A DNA stretch of 53,081 nt, counting the filler, from Catajapyx aquilonaris (Eukaryota), in the NCBI GenBank assembly GCA_000934665.2. It is 2 parts of 2 records of this genome, joined end to end, with 100 filler letters (N's around TTAATTAATTAA, not from the genome) between each part and the next. Parts side by side here need not be neighbours in the genome. Positions count along the whole stretch, not along the records: positions 26,600 to 53,081 come from JYFJ02005195.1; 1 more part is not named here. One strand, 5' to 3'. The notes below the pieces were generated by a model that had not been told where the DNA came from, ran no database searches, and was given only the letters and a program-made list of their open reading frames with translations. The position numbers were made by a program, and so were the translations under genes. Positions 48,201 to 53,081 of this stretch are shown here, one piece after another; position 1 is the first letter of the stretch, and every line of letters starts with the position of its first letter.

Positions 48201-50342
48201 AGTCTCCTGGTAGGAGCACATCAACCACAATTCCCCCACTGCCAAGCAAAAGATCTGTATGATCTGCTCCAGACAACGGCCATGGCTTTTTCTCTGAGCG
48301 AGCCTCATCCTTGCATTTAGACATTGCAGCATCTACCGTCTCCTTCATCTGAGAAAAAATTATCATATTACTTTTATTTTTGTTCTGATTGTATTTCACG
48401 AAAATTATTTGTGCACTCACATCGTTGTGGATTGATGGAGCTGCATTGATTTGGAGCAATCCTTTTTCTTTGGAGTAATCAAGGACATACATGCTTCTAA
48501 GCTCAGATTTTTCATTGGTAGAAGTTGTAATGTTGTCAAGATCAGTCTTCAGTTTTTTAATGGCTCTGAGGAAGCATGAGCCTATATGATGTTTCTGAGT
48601 GGTTGCACAAGTTGCCTTGGCCTGATCCATCTTTTCTCTTGACACTTTCCCTGCTTCCAACATTACATCGACCCATTCTGACTTGACTTCATTTACACCA
48701 TGCATGAAGTCTTGGCTTGTTTTCAGAATCTATTGAATAATAATTATAATGTCAAGCTAGTATTTCACTCATCAGTTATACACAGTGGGGCCGTCCAGAC
48801 GGGCCAACCTTAGCCGCGGCCAGCCGCAGCTGGTCGAGGCCGCGACGGTTCACACGGCAACGGCCACGGCTCAGAAGTTGGCCAAGTTGGCCGACTTCCT
48901 GGAAGTTGGCTCGCTGCTTGGCCACGGCTTGGCCTCGGCGACGGATACTGCGCGTCACTTGTTTTTCGTTGCTGCCATGACTACCGACCACTATTACAAA
49001 TGCGGGTGGCTGTTATTAAAATATGTGCCCGTCTGAACGGGTACCGTGGCCAGCCGTGGTTCCGCAAGCCGGGGCCGACGCCAGGGCCGCGGCCAGCCGC
49101 GGCTAAGGTTGGCCCGTCTGAACGGCCCCAGTGTTGCTAACATGAAACAGATTGTAACCTGGTCAAAGACAATCAACTGAGGATATTTGCCCAAGTAGCT
49201 GAAAGATGCTGATGGATGCATTTTGACAACTTCTCCACTCTCAACCACGGTGTATCCCAAACGAGGGTGGCCTCGGTACACGCACAAGTTCTTAACTTGT
49301 GACTCAGCAACTAAATGGCATATAGAGTCACATGTTCTTTCCTTTTCCTCAGGATGATCACTAAATACATGTGCAATCTCTTTTCCAAATTCTCGCCTCA
49401 AGGTATCTTTTACTTCCTTCATTACTTCATTTATAGCCTGAAACATTTCATGTAGGTTAGAGATTTTTGGTAAAACAAACTTAAAGTGCCAATTACCTTC
49501 ATTGATTTGCCATTAATGTAGTGTTTTTTGCACCACTTTCCCCTGGCCTGTTCATTGGACACCCACCAGGCTATGAACACCTCCATAGCGGTCATGAGGT
49601 CACCACTCTCCTGGCAGAACAGCATCCTCCTGGAGTCAGCTTCCTGAATATTTTCCTCAGAACCTGCTCTGAAGAAGACAGCACTCCCAGCTGCTTCCAT
49701 TATTGACACTGCGCATAATGCTTCAAAGTGCCCCTCCTCTTCCTTCAGGGACCTCAACAGAAGGTGGCCAAGGGATGGGGCCAGAGGAAGCTTGGCCAGA
49801 TCCGTGCCCAAATCCGTCATAGCTACTACTCCATCTGTAGAGACTACAAGTGCTGCCAGAGTTGTGAGGGCCAACATGGCTGCCTCTAGTGCATCATCAC
49901 TTGGCCGCTCCAGAAAATTAAATTGCAATGGCTTAGAGACTCCCAACTGCACAAGTCTGAGGATGGCTTGCCCAAGGTGTGTCCTGAGTATTTCAGGGAC
50001 CATCCCTTCCTTCATGTCCTCATAGTCTTTCTTTGAGTAAAGACGAAAACATTTCCCAGGAGCCATCCTTCCAGCCCTACCCTTCCTCTGCTCAGCAGAG
50101 CTGCGGTTAATTGGTCCCAAAACCAGGCTGGAAGTATTCCACTTGGCATTGTACATTCTTTCTTTAGCAATCCCTGCATCCACTACATACACAATCCCAG
50201 GGATTGTCAGGGAGGTCTCTGCGCTGTTCGTGGAAAAGATAACCTTACGGTAGCCAACTCTGGCAGGATCAAACACCAGGCGCTGCTCCTGCTGCTGCAG
50301 TCTTCCATGGAGTTGAAGAACTTGCACATTGCTTCCAGACAA
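42210..50342 (-). CDS. DEAH-box RNA helicase - RBR E3 ubiquitin ligase fusion (plant DEAH11/12-like architecture), 5'-partial. Exons: 49497-50342, 49159-49437, 48421-48729, 47653-48348, 45373-45597, 45223-45315, 43724-43853, 43474-43666, 43207-43411, 42936-43136, 42629-42873, 42210-42495 (~1235 aa seen)
   Basis: Helicase motifs [40 protein letters not shown] and GKCFRLYS, with HA2 ([11 protein letters not shown]). RING1 [29 protein letters not shown]...[18 protein letters not shown]2 [27 protein letters not shown]. Phases are consistent across all 12 exons. The RecA1 domain (GKT/DEAH) was not found in the window. Confidence 0.9.
48787..49129. mobile_element. GC-rich PIF/Harbinger-group MITE with 3-bp AGT TSD
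   Basis: AGT-GGGGCCGTCCAGACGGGCCAACCTTAGCCGCGGC ... GCCGCGGCTAAGGTTGGCCCGTCTGAACGGCCCC-AGT. Confidence 0.82.
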
Positions 50343-51589
50343 CTGCATGAGTAAAATAAAATAATATCAAGTAAAGGTGTGACAGTATTAATAATAATTA
50401 ATTTTCTCACATTACTTTTGATGTTATTCATTGTACAAAGTAGGTGTGAGTAGTTACGGGCATCACTTACGTTAATAATAGTTTAAAATGGGTAGAATGG
50501 CAAAAAGATTACTTTGGTTCCGAATATGACATGAAAGCAAATCAATGAGCAATGCAAATTTTAACAGAAATTTTGAAAGTATTTTTTGTCACTTGAACTA
50601 CAACACTGAAGCTTAGTTAACAACTAACTCTACCAGTAACAAACATTACTAACATTAACAGTAATTACAGGAAGTCCACGGTTTACTAACAACACAACTT
50701 ACAACCTGACTTACGATGTTATGTAGCCTACTCACGAGCAGGCTCCCCATAACAATAATATAATTATATCTCCACTTTCAATCACTTCTGCATGTTGACC
50801 GACAACAAGTTCGACATACTTGCTGTAGAATTAATATTCAATTTGGAAATTACTTCCTTTCACGCATGCAAACAAACCTGCATGGCATAAGTGGTTTGTA
50901 TGATTACCACATACACGCTGTTCATCAGGAGTCCGAGTTACGAGCAAATATGGCTGATGAACGTTCTCAGGAATGTATCCGTAATGTTTGAAACCGAGGA
51001 TTTCCTGTACAGTTGGAAAATAAAATCTATGGAAAAAATTGTTATTTGTAAAGATTGACAATCGGAGGTGTTTGCATGCCCTCATGGCTGAAGTATTCTT
51101 TCTTGTGAAAACATTAACCCATACTGTTGGGTTGAGAGGTACATTACTGCCTAACCAGTGAGAAAACCCTGACACCATGCATTAGGCCAACAGTCTGTTC
51201 GCGATATTGCAATTCTGGCACTTCCTTATTTCTGCCTTGGGGCTACAGTATGAAAAAATCATTTTGGATCAATTTCAAAAACGTCGTGAAAAGAAGATCT
51301 GGTAATGACAGCATACGTTTCTCTCATTGCTGTGCACATGCATGTTGTGGTGGGACTATCTCTTACCCTACTGCAGTAAGATCAAGACCCAAACTATCTG
51401 GCATAAGCAATACAAACTTCCTTAATTTCACTGCTATCCTACAAATGTGTTGCCACTCTTAAAATTCAAATCCTTGTAGTGTACGGGTAGTGTTGGTTTT
51501 ATGCCAGTTCAATGAAGTGGCTTAAATTTTTTGCCATGGTTGGGCTTCTTCCACTGCTGTACAGCCAGGAAATTCAGCAACAGATTATA

Positions 51590-52477
51590 CGAGGGCATAT
51601 CAAAAAGTTTTGGCCCTGAGACAGATGGACACATCCCCTTGGACTGTGCTGCCAACATATAGTAGGCACATCTACTACTAGTGCCAGGTGCAAGTGTCAA
51701 TGCGATTGCGTAATTCATTGCAAAGTTACAGCTCCGAGAAGACAGCAAGGTGTTGGATGCTGCTGACAATGGAGAAAATTGAGTATCGCTCTGTTATCAA
51801 GTACCCCATAAAGAAGGGAATGTCGGCAAAGGAGATTTACGAAGACATGCGAGAAACGGTGGGTGATGATGCTCCACCATACACCACAGTCAAGAACTGG
51901 GTTCGCGACTTCAAACTGGGAAGAGAGCGACTTGAAGACAACCCCCGCTCTGGGCGCCCAACAACGCCGACAACAGTGGAAAGTCCACGACCTGATGTTG
52001 GCAGATCGTCGGATCACTGTCCACGAATTGGCCACCGCTGTGGGTATCTCATATGGGTCGGTCCACAACATCCTGACCGACACGTTGGGATTCCACAAGG
52101 TTTGTGTGAGATGGGTGCCCACGCCAGACCAGAAGCGCTCACGTGTGACTCTTTCCGAGGCTGCCCTTGCCCTCTTCCTCGCAACCCCTGATGACTTCCT
52201 TGCTCGGTATGTCACCCAGGATGAAAGCTGGATTCAACATTATGACCTGGAGACGAAAGCCCAAAGGAAAGAGTTCGTGGACGACACTTTGGCGGCTGTG
52301 GATGAGTGGTTGGGAGGGGTCGACAAGAACTTCTTCCTCCATGGTATCCGAAGGCTGTAGCACCGCTGGTGCAAGTGTGTGGTAGTGTGAGGGGACTATG
52401 TAGAGAAGTGAAAATAAAATAATCCTCCTCTGCTTATTGGTAGTGTCTCGGGGCCAAAACATTTTGATATGCCCTCG
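51590..52477 (+). mobile_element. Internally deleted, frameshifted mariner transposon (irritans/Himar-like N-terminus)
   Basis: TA TSD and TIRs CGAGGGCATATCAAAAAGTTTTGGCCC / GGGCCAAAACATTTTGATATGCCCTCG. Transposase starts at 51769 (MEKIEYRSVIKY..TVKNWVRDFKLGR..RSGRP) and carries RWVP, VTQDESW and the C-terminal GDYVEK*. Frameshift near 51980; most of the catalytic core is missing. Confidence 0.95.
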
Positions 52478-53081
52478 TAAATTGGCAGTTGGATGACAAG
52501 ATCAGTGGCTTTGTGAACCTTTAACTGCAAAATACAGTATTTTTCATTCAAGGAATCAAATTACCTTAGCATCAAATTGAAAATAAACTACAGTAATTAA
52601 GTTGTGTAATAATCTAATGCAATCTTTGTAAGCATGGGATGCTATCATTTCAAATTAAAATACCCTACTTATGATCTAATACCATGTCAATTATGTTTCC
52701 ATCGCCTCTTGCGCGAAACAAATTTTCCGAAAAAATGCCACACTTATGTGATTTTAAAAAACGCGTTCCCAGTAATTATTCACATTTACTTTTGTCATTA
52801 CAGCGAATGCCTTTTTGTGTCATTTCATTAATTTCACATCAATTATGTGCTCAGCATGCCTGTAGATAACATATACAGGGTGATCAAACTTTTTTGTCGT
52901 TTTAGTTATTGACAAATTCGGCCTAAGCTGCTTATATTGTAGCCCGTTCCCTGGCAACCCCGTCCGGCGGGCCAATTCAAACACCAGCACATGGAGAATG
53001 CTTCCATTGTTGCCACTGTTTACAAATCGAGTGAGTGACGCGGACGACCCAACGACGGGCCTCTTCTGCTTGCGCACTCAC

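Noticed and set aside
50831..51178. Candidate upstream exon of the helicase (VNVFTRKNTSAMRACKHL, vaguely like motif IV)
   Set aside because: No convincing splice sites in the required phase and a poor motif match; the RecA1 exons are probably beyond the window.

Overview
Eukaryotic (animal, probably arthropod, inferred from igloo- and torso-like genes) genomic DNA with short introns and many transposon remnants. Exon chains were assembled by hand from splice sites and reading phase. Five protein-coding genes: BDP1 (TFIIIB B-double-prime subunit, +, 4 coding exons, 725 aa); a Torso-like FN3 receptor tyrosine kinase (-, 5' end unresolved); an igloo/neuromodulin-like triple-IQ protein (+, 5' end unresolved); TXNDC15 (-); and the 3' ~1235 codons of a DEAH-box RNA helicase fused to a C-terminal RING-IBR-RING (RBR) ubiquitin ligase (-). 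The helicase-RBR fusion is the most unusual gene here. Mobile DNA comprises the open 5' end of an RTE-like LINE, four copies of a structured tRNA-derived SINE (three with TSDs), a deleted mariner, a decayed Pif1 (Helitron/Helentron) helicase and many MITEs with TA, TTAA, 8-bp and AGT target duplications. A 6.5-kb intron inside the RTK kinase insert holds a ~2.1-kb inverted repeat next to nested palindromic MITEs. One 100-base assembly gap contains an artificial TTAATTAATTAA linker. No database searches were run, so family calls rest on recognised motifs.
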